A stretch of 63,708 nucleotides of DNA, the filler included, from Collodictyon triciliatum (Eukaryota), in the NCBI GenBank assembly GCA_043381765.1. It is 3 parts of 3 records of this genome, joined end to end, with 100 filler letters (N's around TTAATTAATTAA, not from the genome) between each part and the next. Parts side by side here need not be neighbours in the genome. Positions count along the whole stretch, not along the records: positions 1 to 26,659 come from JBHJMP010001013.1; 2 more parts are not named here. The stretch is one strand, 5' to 3'. This document shows, one piece after another, positions 12,901 to 24,917 of the stretch. A model generated the notes under the pieces. That model was not told the origin of the DNA, ran no database searches, and worked only from the letters and a program-made list of their open reading frames with translations. Position numbers and translations under genes: made by a program. Position 1 is the first letter of the stretch. Each line of letters opens with the position of its first letter.

Positions 12901-15900
12901 TTGGTTCTCTTGGATTGAAGGAGGAAATCGATTATATAAAGTCTATGATTTCAGAGATTAACAACAAGGTGCCAATTGTTCATTTAATTCATAAAATCAA
13001 TTATGTCTGATTTTTAAGTATCACCTTTTTCAATTTATTGAAAATTACTTGCTTTGCTTTTTTTTTTTTTTCATAGGATATCGAAATGAACACAAACAGT
13101 GGCATTGTATCAAAAAAGGGGATATTGACTGATGAGAAACATCGCCTTTTTTGTGAACTGATTGCGAGGTCTCAGTCATTCATGAGAAGGGAGCTTGGAG
13201 ACCCATCATGTGTTAGTTTGCGAGATGTCAAAAGGTGCATCCATCTGGAGAGATGGTTTTACAGCATGTCAAGCTTCAGGCTTGAGCATTATCGCGATAT
13301 ATTTTTAACCAATCCCAGGATTACAGAAGAAGCAAGGACTTCTGACCTGAACAAAGTGATTCAAGAGGACAGCCATTGTCTATTTTTCCATCAAGAAGAG
13401 CTTTCTCCCCGAGAAATATCAATGTGCTTGGCGCTGTGCCTCTGCTATTATTTTAGACTAAGGTTCCATACTTTGTTTATGAAAAATACGTGCATCATGA
13501 TTTTGAAAAGAGGAGCGATCAAATAGTATTAAGCTCTGGGAAGTAAAATAAAATATTACTTTTTTCGGTTTTGTTCAAAAATGGCTTCTTTTTTTTTTTT
13601 TTTAACTATTTTACTTAATTCTGAAATGTTTAAAAAAGCACTCGCCAGTCGAACTCCGAACTATTTCCAGGAGGAACACAGCGAGAACGATACTTGAATT
13701 ACGTCTTGTTTGACCAGAATTACCTGATTGGCAGGCAATTTAGAGTTAAATGTTTTGATGGGATAAAGAGTGTCTATTTCATGAAATATTCGAGATTTAA
13801 TGATGTATTGAATTATGAAAAAGAACTATTTATGAAGAATATGGAATTTGGAGATGAGATTATATCAAAGAACGAAGCCCTGACCGAAAACATTTTCGTG
13901 ATGGCGGTATCCATTTTCAATAAGCTCCCAGCCTTGGTAATAAGTCGTCTCTTAATAGACTTGCTATACCCCCAATTTTGATGTTGGGAATACTACATAT
14001 AATTTTGGTCACTATTCATCCAGGTTGTTAGCAAGCCAGGAACATCGAAATCATATGCTGTGAGCATCTTGAAAAAGACTTTCTCCTCTGGTCAGAGAAC
14101 TCCGTTCTTTTCTAGATTCCCTAAGCTCGAATTCAAATCGATGCAGTGCTCACCGTTGACTAAGCCCGCAGGTTTCTAATCGTCATTTTAGCTGAATAAT
14201 TGGAGAAATTCGATGAATATGCATTCATTAATAACTGCTCGATCTGCTTGTCCTAATTCAAATTGATAATATGTGCAGAAATCAAGGCGGCACACGATAA
14301 AGCCCTTGAAGAAGAGAAAAGGAGAAACGAGCAAGAAAGCGGCAAGCAACAGAATAGCGAAACCCAGCCGCAGAAAGAAAGTGTCTCAGGAGAACCTGAA
14401 GCAAAGAGAATCCTATCCATTCAATATGTTCTGCTCTTGGATGAGGTTGGTTTGGCGGAGCAGAGCCCACACCTGCCGCTGAAAGTGCTGCATCAACTAT
14501 TCGAACCTCCAAAACTCTCTGTCATTGGCATTTCAAACTGGAGGCTGGATGCATCAAAGTCAAACCGCATGGTATTAAATCAATATCATGTCATATTTTT
14601 GTTTGAGGAAGTTAACGATACATGCGTTATTGACGTATAATTTTTCGAATTCTAAATGAAAAGCTACTGCTGAACCGACAAGACCCCCTTCTCGAAGAGT
14701 TATGTAAAACTGCCAATGACATCATGGAGCCTCTATATAAAGAAGACCCGCAGTACAATAATCTGGGAGTTACCCGACCACAATGGTTGATGCCAAGAGA
14801 TCCAAGAATTAGATTCAGGGTAATAAATTCAATTACCCGGGTCTATGAGGATATCTATCAAAACCACCAACCGCTAGCAAGAGAATTTGGCCATTTGCGC
14901 ACTGGCAGAGAGAATAACAGAAAGGAGGATTACTATGGTCAGTAAATTTCATACAAGCTCAGGATATTGAAGAAAATTATTAAATTATTAACTTTCGATT
15001 AACTGTGAAAACAAACATAACCTCGTATTGCATAGGTATGCGTGACTTTTACGACCTTATCAAATGCGTCGGTAAGAGGCAAGATATTGAGCTATCCATC
15101 ACCCTAACCGAAGCAATGTCCCGGAGCTTGAATGGCTATACAAGACAAGCTTTGGTGGAAAAGAATAGAGTTTGTCGCTCAAGACTTGGGGTACCTCTTG
15201 TACCTCCAAAGTCTACTCTGGAGTTGATGTCTCTTAACTTATCCGACCCTGAATCCCGCCACTTGATGATAATAACAGAAAATAATTTTGCCCTTCAATT
15301 CATGCTTGACAATCAAATCATCGCGTATGAAGAGACGATGATATTTTACTGTGCTGATTACTCGGATAGCCGAGACGAGCGCAACACCGCAAAACTGTTG
15401 AACAGCATTCGGTATTGCATGGAAAACGGCAACCTTATAGTAATGGTCGGCCAAAATCACGTTTACGAGCTCCTCTACGATTTATTGAATCGGGTATGTG
15501 CACGTTTTATTCTAGTTTTACGAATCTAAGCTTAATTTAGAGAATAATGACTTTCATGTGCTGCTCTTTATCACTTTTTATCATTTCTTTACTCGATTAT
15601 AGGCTGTTTTTTTGGGTCATGTTTAACTCATATCACACATTTTATCATTTTTTTTTTTTTTTGCACCAGCACTACACCAAAATTGGAGAAAGGACCCTCT
15701 GTCACGTTCCTTTGGGGCTCTATGCGGATGACATGTATGTAGTTCATCCGGAGTTTAAATGTATCGTCGTTGCTACATCGGAAGAGGCCTACAGCCACCC
15801 ACCCCGAGGACTGCCTGCGCCATTTTTAAATCGCTTTGAAAAGCAATATCTTACTGTTGATGAAGTTTTGGAAGATGCCACTGACAAGACTACCCTGGAA

Positions 15901-17591
15901 AGGACAAAAGTTTGCTTTTGTTTATACATGATAGAACACATTTTGCTTGAGTTTTCTTTAAGTAGATATTTTATCATAATTCTTGCGTACTGAACACATT
16001 TTACGTCTCTGTCTTGGTATTTGCTTTATTGAAAACCAACAGGAATTGCTGAGCAAACTTCTTGAAAAGCCAGGAACCAACTTATCTGAGCAAGAGTTGT
16101 TCTCAACCGCTTTTGCTGCCTATCACGATTCCCTCATTTCCTCTGCGGTATTGAAGGCGAAATCAACAATTACGTCAAATGCCGTCGATGACTTGGTTGC
16201 AGAGACGTTCCGCCAGCTGCTTTGGACTTCGAAGCCTGAGTGGATAATGTCTCTAGTAGATGCTGAGGTGCCGATTGATTAGAGGATTGACATTCACTTA
16301 TTCATATTCCTCTACTTATTGATAAAGTGACTAAGTTTAAGGATATTTCTGATGATTTTTTTTTGGGAAAATCTTTATTATATCACTTCATGTTAATGAG
16401 AATAGCGTTAATATGGTGGTGATAACTAACGATAATTATTGTCGATAGGATGTGTGCGGAGTGAACCTTCAGAATGAGTACCTGAGCGAGCAGAATCATG
16501 TCAATCTCTCTGAATTTGTCGCCCATGCAAACAGATACGGGTGGAGTGACTCTAAAATCTCCGGATTCCCTGTGGGTCTTCATTTGTCTGTGTGGACTCA
16601 CGCCCGCTTCATCAGAAGTGACAGAGTTGAGGAAAAGTTGAAGGCTCATCTCGATGTAGAAGAGGTCCTCTACTTGAATCTTTACCAAATTACATCAGAG
16701 AGAGAACTGGAGAACCATCTGATTCGCTTTTTTGAAGAGGAGAGCGAAGGCTATTTAATTGTCTCCTTCACGGATGGTCTGTGCGGTGTGGATCGCCTGA
16801 ACCACTTTACGTTCCTGTACACCCGCATGCAGTTTGAATTTCGCTCCCACCGCTTCCCAAAGCATGTGATTCTCATCCACCATCTGTTGAGAGAAAAGAC
16901 CGGCATGATTCGCAACCAAGAAGAAGCGTTCCGCAATTTGCATCGCCAGTCAACGGACCATGTCAAACCCCTCTTTGACAGACTCTGGCGCATCGTGTAC
17001 CTGGACAATATTTTCGAGGACGAGAGAAACTTCCCTGCAAATGCAGTCGACCTTCTCCAACCAGACTTTTTTGCAACTCATCGACCTGACCCAGTGTTTC
17101 AGAAGGATCTTGTCCTCCGCGCTTTGAGCAAGCATGAGAACATATTTTCTCGACTTCATGATATCATTAAAGTGGGCGACTTGACAGCGCTGGCAAAAGA
17201 TGAAAGAGAATTTGCTCAAGACATGCTGAAACGCCTGTTCCAGAGAATATACGAGGGAATGGAAAGAAGAGGAGCGTTTGCCGCCCCGGCAACTTTCTGG
17301 TCGGAGGCACTTATCACAAGACAAGAATCGCAATCGGGCCCCGTCTCCGTCATGCGCTATGTCGACAAGTACATCACCCTCACCAAAGCCTTCGAAGAGT
17401 CATGCGCCGACTGGGTTGCAGACGAGTTGTGCTTGTTTTTGGAGTCAGCAGGGGCTGGACTGGGTTATTTTGAGCATCTTGGCATTCGTTCTGGCGGCAA
17501 CTCCCGGTATGTGTCGAAATCTCCAGAGGATGACAAAGAGCTTCTCAAAACCATCATCTATTACATCCCGCAGGAGAAACCAAGCGCTTAA
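3919..17591 (+). CDS. RNF213-like: RNF213/mysterin-like giant dynein-related AAA+ ATPase with N-terminal SAM-like repeats; multi-exon; no E3/RING/RZ module visible
   Basis: RNF213 motifs occur in order across exons: SKQPSIGKS; FIITKDNLLKLINIYFRIKSQLPLIIM|GETGCGKT (Walker A, from 12140); HGG; FFDEIN (Walker B); IGACNPYR; YVIPPSM..WDFGSL; VSLRDVKRC; CYYFRL; NEALTENIFVM; SKPGTSKS; QCSPLT; LLDEVGLAEQSPHLPLKVLH; GISNWRLDASKSNR; GMRDFYDLIK; SRHLMIITEN; LYDLLN.HY; VHPEFKCIVV; PAPFLNRFEKQYL. Exon 3919-4648 splices in frame to 4773. Stop at 17591, AATAAA near 17665. Confidence 0.9.
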
Positions 17592-17701
17592 AATCAACGA
17601 GCGCATGAGAGTCTGTTTGGGTCGTTCATTCGATACTCAGCTCCGAAGGCCCATCTAAAGGGCAAATAAAACAGCAAAGAAAAGGAAATACAAATTCGTT
17701 A

Positions 17702-17760
17702 TGTTAAAGCTTTTTTTTTCCTTTATTCGATTCAAAGTGTTATTGTGTTAAAGCTTTTTT
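17702..17760 (-). mobile_element. Ultra-short 5'-truncated LINE 3'-end insertion (copy A)
   Basis: T-tract + CCTTTATTCGATTCAAAGTG between direct repeats TGTTAAAGCTTTTTT (starting at 17702 and 17746). Confidence 0.8.
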
Positions 17761-17815
17761 CTTTTTCTTTTTCTTTTTCTTTTTCTTTTTCTTTTTCTTT
17801 TTCTTTTTCTTTTTC

Positions 17816-17847
<32 letters not shown>

Positions 17848-19191
17848 TTTCTTTTTCTTTTTCTTTTTCTTTTTCTTTTTCTTTTTCTTTTTCTTTTTCT
17901 TTTTTCGATTCAAAGTGTAGCGAAGTTATGCCATACAGAGGGGCGGATGGAGCGCATGGGAGAGAGCAAACGCGAGTAGGGGAAGACACTACCGTGGAGA
18001 GGGTAGCACTGGAAAGAAATCAGTGATAACAAGTTGGTCAGGTGGGCGTCCCAACTGCTTGATTGGTTACGTGGGTAGCAGGGGTTGGATATGCTGTGGG
18101 AGATATCTTACGACACATTCCCACATCTCTCTTCGCTTGCGGTCAGAGTAGCGAGGAATGCGGGCGTGTTTCAGCAGGCTGTTCAGGAAGCTGTATTGCA
18201 CGAGGCTTTCCAGCCTGGCTACATTGATTTCTCGTTTGGGTGAATCATTAATGCGAGAGAATGCACACACACTCCATAAGGCCCACAGCATATGTCCCCT
18301 TGTGACTGTCCAGAGTATTCTAGAGTCGTGGGTCATTTGATATTGTGCACCAAACAGGATGTCGTCATGCGCTGAGACGGTTGGGAGCATAATCAAGCTC
18401 AGAGAGCATCTTGTGGGTAGATTCTGTCACTTTTTGAGCAAGAGAGCACTTCACAATGCGTGTTCGGTAGAGTCGTCTCCACTATGACACATGGTGCAGT
18501 CTGGAGAGGTCGTTGCTGCATGGACTACACGCGCACCTATCCACTGTCCTGCATATATGTGTTGATTATCGTCACAGAGCCACATTCATGTACTTTCCAT
18601 GTTTGATTATTGGTTTTTTCCTTTATTCGATTCAAAGGTGTTTGATTATTGGTTAGGTGGTCAGGGCTCAGCCGTTTCTTGGAGACAGACGATGTCTGCG
18701 TGAGTGAAAAGAGCAGCGTTTACAGCCTCTTTTACTCTTTGGGTTCGTTAATCCCCTAAAGCTCCATATCAGAAGGTTAAACCCCATGGGTAATCTATTG
18801 GCTTTTGGAAGCATGAACCTCGGTGATTGACCCTCTCTGCTAGAACTGAGTTGCTTAGAGCAGGATGGTTTACTCGAGCTGTCCTTTATTTTTCGGTACA
18901 ATTATTACTCGTAATTCCAAGAGCATTTAATTCGTAGTGGATAGCTCCACATTATTATTTTTTGTATGGGTAAGCCTTATCTGCTATTTCCTCATTTATT
19001 AGGGAGAATCGATAGGATGTAGGCTCTTTGAGGACGCGTATCTCCACACGACAGTGTCTATCATGAACAAAGACGGGAGAGGGTATTTTCCCATTTTCTC
19101 CTTCTTTGTCAAATGCACCGAGTGTATCGCTCGTGCATAAGTATCCTTGTTGAACCCTACAATACCAAGAGTCTACTCTATCCACAAACAA
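17755..19191 (-). mobile_element. Decayed, internally deleted L1/Tx1-type non-LTR retrotransposon (LINE)
   Basis: Minus strand, 5'->3': ORF1-like remnant (KIPSPVFVHDRHCRVEIRVLKEP, 18955-19191); ORF2 start MGFNLLIWSFRGLTNP (ATG 18787), then after a frameshift THADIVCLQET (APE endonuclease motifs I/II, ~18673-18696); zf-RVT knuckle CTMCHSGDDSTEHA..(frameshift)..KCSLAQKV (~18430-18498); LWTVTRGHMLWALW C-terminus with stop at 18067; 3' UTR ending CACTTTGAATCGAA, then a (GAAAAA)n tail. No RT domain is present. Confidence 0.8.
18600..18654 (-). mobile_element. Ultra-short LINE 3'-end insertion (copy B), nested in the older LINE
   Basis: TTTTCCTTTATTCGATTCAAAGG between perfect 16-bp repeats TGTTTGATTATTGGTT (18600-18615, 18639-18654). 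Confidence 0.85.
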
Positions 19192-19621
19192 TTCATCTAC
19201 TTCGTGTATGACCCTAATTCTTGAATTATGATGGGGAAAAAAAAAGAAATGTGTAATGCATTCAGCTACATTTGATTACTCTATATTCACCAACTATTCA
19301 GCGCTACTATGCAGGTTATGATATAAAAAAAAAAAACGCTAAAATACTGATTTACGGAAACTCAAAAAACTCAAATCACCAAAGAATAATAGGTAAATGA
19401 TTTATGGTTTATTGATGAGTAGGCATTTGGATCGCTAAGACTTCTGGTTGTTGCTTTAAGTCTATGTGTCCAATGATTCTTTTTTCATTTTCATTTGTGT
19501 TGGTGGGTGACGCTCAACGTAATTTATTGTCTCAATTATTTTCCTCCTTCACCAAACTTTGTGCTGGGTAGGGATACTCTTTATCACGAAACTCTTCCAT
19601 GATTAGTAGAGCCTGTGGATA

Positions 19622-20090
19622 TTTTGGAACTTCATCGATAACATCGCCCCAGGAACCATATCTCAATATTTCAGTCTTGCTGCACGCCATTCCTTTTAAT
19701 TCCTGGAAGGCCCTCGCAGAGCCTTTTTGAATAAGTCTCTTGAGTCCTTGAAAGTTTTCTCCTATTCTGTAATATTTTGCCGCTTCGTTCCAGTCTTCAG
19801 CTACACCCCATCCGTTCTCATAGCACTCACCAATAATTGTATGAGAACTCTGGTGTTTCGGAACTTCATCAATAACATCGCCCCAGGAACCATGCCTCAA
19901 TATTTCAATCTTCCTGCACGCCATTTCTTGCAATTCCTGGAAGGCCCTCGTAGAACCTTTTTGAATAAGTCTCTTGAGTCCTTGAAAGTTTTCTCCTCTT
20001 CTGTAATATTTTGCCGCTTCGTTCCAGTCTTCAGCTACACCCCATCCGTTCTCATAGCACTCACCAACAATTGTGTGCGCGCTCTGGTGC
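19622..20090 (-). repeat. Near-identical 234-bp (78-aa) tandem duplication of a SEL1-like unit
   Basis: HQS.HTI.GECYENGWGVAEDWNEAAKYYR.GENFQGLKRLIQKGS.RAFQEL..MAC.K.EILR.GSWGDVIDEVPK occurs twice; nucleotide copies start near 19622 and 19856. Confidence 0.92.
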
Positions 20091-20713
20091 TTGTATAAGT
20101 GTTCTACATAACTTCCATCGTTATCATACCCACAAACTTTCAATTCAGATAGCTCAATCAGCATATCAAAAGCGTTCAAAGATCCTATTTGTGCCAGTTT
20201 TTGCAAGTCAATTAAGCTTTCTGCTTTTTTGTACCAACAAGCCGATTCATAAAGGTCTTTTCGGACACCCCACCCGTTTTGAAGGCATTCAGCTACCAGT
20301 TTCCAAGTGAACCGCACTGTGCTAGAGACAGAGTTAATATTGTCACTATTCAATTCTCCATCCATACTTTTACCTATGCTTTCTAAAATTGTAAAGGCTT
20401 TTCTGCTTCCCCTTTTTGCAGATAACAACAATTCCGTTGCTGATACAAAATCCTCGTTATAGGAAAGCACTCTCCATTTGTAATATTCATCCATGTCAAT
20501 CGGTGTTCCCCAACCATTTAAATAGCATTCCGATAGCAATTTGACTGTATGGGGAAATTTTGGTTCGATCCCAACTTTATGACCACCCTCTCCGTATGAG
20601 GGTAGTATTTGGCTAGCGAGTCCTTCCAGAGTATGCAATGCAGAGCTGTCCCCTTTTTGGGCCTTCGTCTTGATGGAATTCATATATTCTTCTTTGTCTC
20701 CAAGACCCGACAT

Positions 20714-20769
20714 AACTTTCCATCGAAGTGATCGAATAAAGGGAAAAAAAAAACTTTCCATCGAAGTGA
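20714..20769 (+). mobile_element. Ultra-short LINE 3'-end insertion (copy C) inside a coding exon
   Basis: TCGAATAAAGGG + A-tract between perfect 18-bp repeats AACTTTCCATCGAAGTGA (20714-20731, 20752-20769); net +38 bp; peptide SLRWKV appears in both ORFs. Confidence 0.9.
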
Positions 20770-23700
20770 ATCCTCTTCACTTGCTACCAAGCCCCAACCG
20801 TTTTCATAACATTCTGAGATGGCCCAACATGCTTGTGGGTACATGGTTTCAAACGATGGGACTTCACTCTCCGCTCCATATGAACATTTTACCACCTCTG
20901 ATAATTCTTTTAGTATGGAAAGAGCCAGGGTAGAACCTTTCTGGGCGTATGCTTTGAGCCCATCAATTTTTTCAATCACATCCTGTCCGTATATTATACC
21001 CCATTTTAAGCTCAATTCTTCACTTTTACAAACACCATACCCATGCAGGTAGCAATCAGACACAATAATTGCAGCTTTAGGGACTTGAAGACGCCTGTGA
21101 ATTTGTATCATTTTGTCACTGAACCCTTGGGTCATCGTCGCCAAAGAGTGTAGTATAGTAAAGGCATTTGAGCTTCCTAATTTTGCCAATCTTGCCAACT
21201 CTGGTATGTTCTGTACTTTTTTCAACCATTCTGCAGCCTCATCGATGTCATGTGCGACGCCCCATCCATTTTCGTAACATTCAGCAACCATGACCACAAG
21301 CTTCGGCTCTTTATACGTCAACCTATTACGATAATATTCATCTCCTTCTGTTTGGGTATTTGCTGCTCTCTGGAGCGCTTCAAATGCTTCTTGATAACCT
21401 TTCTGCATAAATGCTCTAATTCGGTCGAATTCATGGGCGTTAATAAGATTCTCCAGACACTTAACAGGGTCTTTAGCTGTTCCCCACCCGTTTTCGTAGC
21501 ATTCCGCGACTATGATCAAGAGCTCGTTAGCTTTTGAACTTGATTGATGTCTACCCCTTTCACTTAAAAGAACTGGTGCATTAATACTTGCTTCTAGAGC
21601 CTCAAAAGCATGCGAGTTTCCGTTGATGGCATGTTTTTTGATATCCTGGAACATACTTATTTCTTTCAAGCAGTCTATTGATTTTCTGATATCTGGAGTG
21701 ACGCTCCATCCTTTTTCGTAGCACTCGGCGAGGGCAATCAAAGCCTGTGGATGCTTAATTTTTTGACTACGAATTCTTTTGTAGTAATCGTAGTCGATGT
21801 CCCTCATTTCAGACAGTGAAATAAGAGCAGAGAATGCGCGTTCAGAACCCTTCGTGGCAAATTCCAACAAATCTTTCACATTAGCTGTGGTTTTCAAGGA
21901 GTCTATTAATTGGATATCAATATCACCACCACCCACTCGTAATTTCGTAAAGTAATCCCTCAAAATAACTGATACATTAGGGTATTTGGGTTTTTCTCCT
22001 ACCTTTGCAGAATATTTTATGATGTCTTCTTTCTCTTCCTCCATTTCTTTCAAGATGTTGTAAGCTTCCTTACATCCTTGGTATAAGCATTCTTTTAATT
22101 TGTTGATGTTAAGTGCCTTTCTATGACAGTCTAGAGATATTTTGGTATTTTTTTCAATGACCCATCCATGCTCGTAGCACTCAGCAAGTATTATCCAAGC
22201 TTTGGGATACCTAAATGTCGTTCCAATCTTTCTTCCGCTCTTTGTAACATCCTTTTTTAGCTCCGCTAATGTCTTCAATACATTGAAAGAATCTAATGAT
22301 CTATGCTTTTCTACTAGATTTCTTAGACCGTCTAGATCTTCGATTTCTTTCATCCAGTATGAGGCCTCTTTGAGATTGGTTTCTGTTCCCCACCCATTAA
22401 CTAAGCATTCTATTACAGTCTCGATTACAGGTTTGTTTGCATTAAAGTTGTCTTCAAAAACTGTCTGATTAGAGTTGTGGTCGATTTTTGCATGCGCTCT
22501 CAAAACAAGAAAGGCCTCTGACGAGCCTTTTTTTGCCAGTTCTTTCATTTGACCTAGATTTCCTGATTTTCCATACCACTCAACAGCTGATTTTAAGCAC
22601 AGATCAACTCCCCATCCATTCTCATAACATTCACCGATTAAATTTGCAACTTCTGGGCAATTTGAGCCTTTATCTTGCTTTTCTCCATATTGATCGATGT
22701 AGTGAGCATGATTTTCATACATTTTTTTCAATACATCCAAAGTATGTGTTGAACACATTTCGGCCAACCTTCTTAGATCATTTATGTTTTTAGCGTTACC
22801 ATACCATACTGCTGCTTGTTTGGGGCTCTTTTTTACTATCCATCCATTTTCATAACACCCCCCAATAGAATTGCATGCTTGTGGGTACTTGAACTCAACA
22901 TCTACCTCTTCTCCAAAGCTACAAACATTTACCTTTATGTCAGCGAAATCTTTCAACACATAGAATGCTTCCCTGGCGCCCTGGCTTGATAGTCTCTGCA
23001 ATTCTTTAAAATTTTCTGCCCTTCCAAACCATTCGGATGCTTTCTCCATATTCCTTTCGGTGGACCATCCATTTTCGTAGCATGAAGCCACAAATGACAT
23101 TACCTCTTTTTGAAGCTGTATTGTATCTTCGCAGCCCAATTTCATTTGTTGAAATGATTTCAGTTTCAGAAATGCGTATTCGTCCCAATCAGAAATCAAT
23201 TTCTCCAATTGCTGAACTTCTTTTCTTAGATGATCTAGTTGAAAACATGTAAGTGTTCCATGTTTACAATAATCAAGAAAGTTGTCATCAAAAGACACGC
23301 CCCCAATTGATAGTAGAATCATTTTATTGAAAAAGGTGAGGCCTGTAGTTTTTTTCAATTGTATGTTACCCCCTTGTATGTATTCATTTCGTCGGTCTGC
23401 TGTACATTTCTCAATTTCGATATCGTCAATTTGAGGTGCAACATCAGGATGTATATTTTTCGATTGTATCAAACGTATCTTGTAAACCCCCTCTTTTGAA
23501 GAAGTGAACTTGGTACGTAAAATGTCCCATTCAGAATCATTATCTAGGTTAGAAAGAACTGATCGATCAATGTCCTCTCTTTCGATGCACTGGAGGTGAC
23601 TGTAGAAAGAGAACTCCGTAATGTTATCTTTTTTAATACCAAATTTCACATCAAGTAAACATGATTCATTCAGATTGCAGTCGCCCATAAATGTCTTTGT

Positions 23701-24917
23701 TAGAGTTACGCCTTGCAAGTTAGCTTGTGTAAGGTCCGCTCCTTCTAGGATTGAGTTCGATAGGTTCGCACTTGGGACTTTGATGCGTGATAAATCCATT
23801 TGAGCAAAAGATATATTCATGAAATTCAGTATCGTCATCGCCTTAGCAGCAGATGTAGATCTACTTTCATCCATTTTAGAGGAGAAAAGTATTTCAAGAA
23901 GGACTTTAACTGTATTCTTGAATGTGCGGTCCTTAAGAGAGTACTCCTCCCCTGTGACCTCAGTTATAAATGTGTAAACGGAGGTGAATTCATAAGGCTC
24001 CTTTTTTATTCCCATTTTCATTGAATAATAAGATATGCATTCGCAAGAGAGCAGGGTCGTTTCATGATCCCATTCCAGATTCCTTGAAAATCTATCTCGC
24101 ATCTCCAACCAAAACAAGAAGCCTTCCTCGTAAAGGCTGTGTATCCCGCAGTAAGAGTTAATTTTATCGCAGATCAACCATACTCTCTTATCAACATAGG
24201 AAGAATCATCGGCATACTGCACTAACTCTCCTTTGTATAATTGAATGATAGAAGAGTGCGCCTTCTTCTCGTTCAGGTGGGAGAATATTTTTTCTCTGTC
24301 AAATTTGTTTAAGGTCATACAAGTCTTTGATTTTTTGCGTATATCAGCAGCCTCCTGGATGTAATTCAGGGCAATGGTAATCCTATTAACATTAGAATCT
24401 CAGTTGTGTGTGTCTGTTTGGTGGAATGATTCTGATTACCCGAATCGAGTTTTTTATTTTGAAGAAAAAAATGTGTGTTTTAATTTACCGATCTTCTCCG
24501 ATGCAAATGACTCCTAAATGCTCGAGAATTCGAGCTACGTGCTCATCAAATTCGCCTACTACGTTCTTTGTCTCAGAAATCAACTCTGTATATATTGCAG
24601 TTGCACAATCGAAGCTGAATTTTTTTTAAAAAAAATAATCATGGATTTATTCTAGGTTTCTGTCATAGTAATTTTTGATAAATTTACATAGTTTAAGAAA
24701 AAAATTCATGAGCAACCTCATATTTGAAAGTATTATGATAATTTAATGATTTACTTGTTTTGGATTAAATGCATTTTTGCTAACAAGAAATAAGAATCTA
24801 TCGTCCGTTGGTCACAAATTCCATATGCAGTAAGTCGAATTCTCAAACTTTTATTCAAGATGTCCATAGAATATTTTTATCTGATCAAAGGATATGGTTT
24901 ATATTGAAATAATAAAC

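Noticed and set aside
17721-17737. TTCGATTC core as a tRNA gene or Pol III B-box
   Set aside because: No A-box or cloverleaf; the TSDs, AATAAA and A-tail fit a retroelement 3' end instead
17918-18900. Plus-strand stop-riddled frames as decayed 3' (E3) exons of the RNF213-like gene, or as evidence for stop-codon reassignment
   Set aside because: The minus strand explains the region as a LINE (APE and zf-RVT motifs), and intact genes in the window use TAA, TAG and TGA as normal stops
20716-20754. The micro-insertion as a newly born spliceosomal intron (introner-like)
   Set aside because: The available GT..AG removes 39 nt rather than 38 and leaves the frame broken
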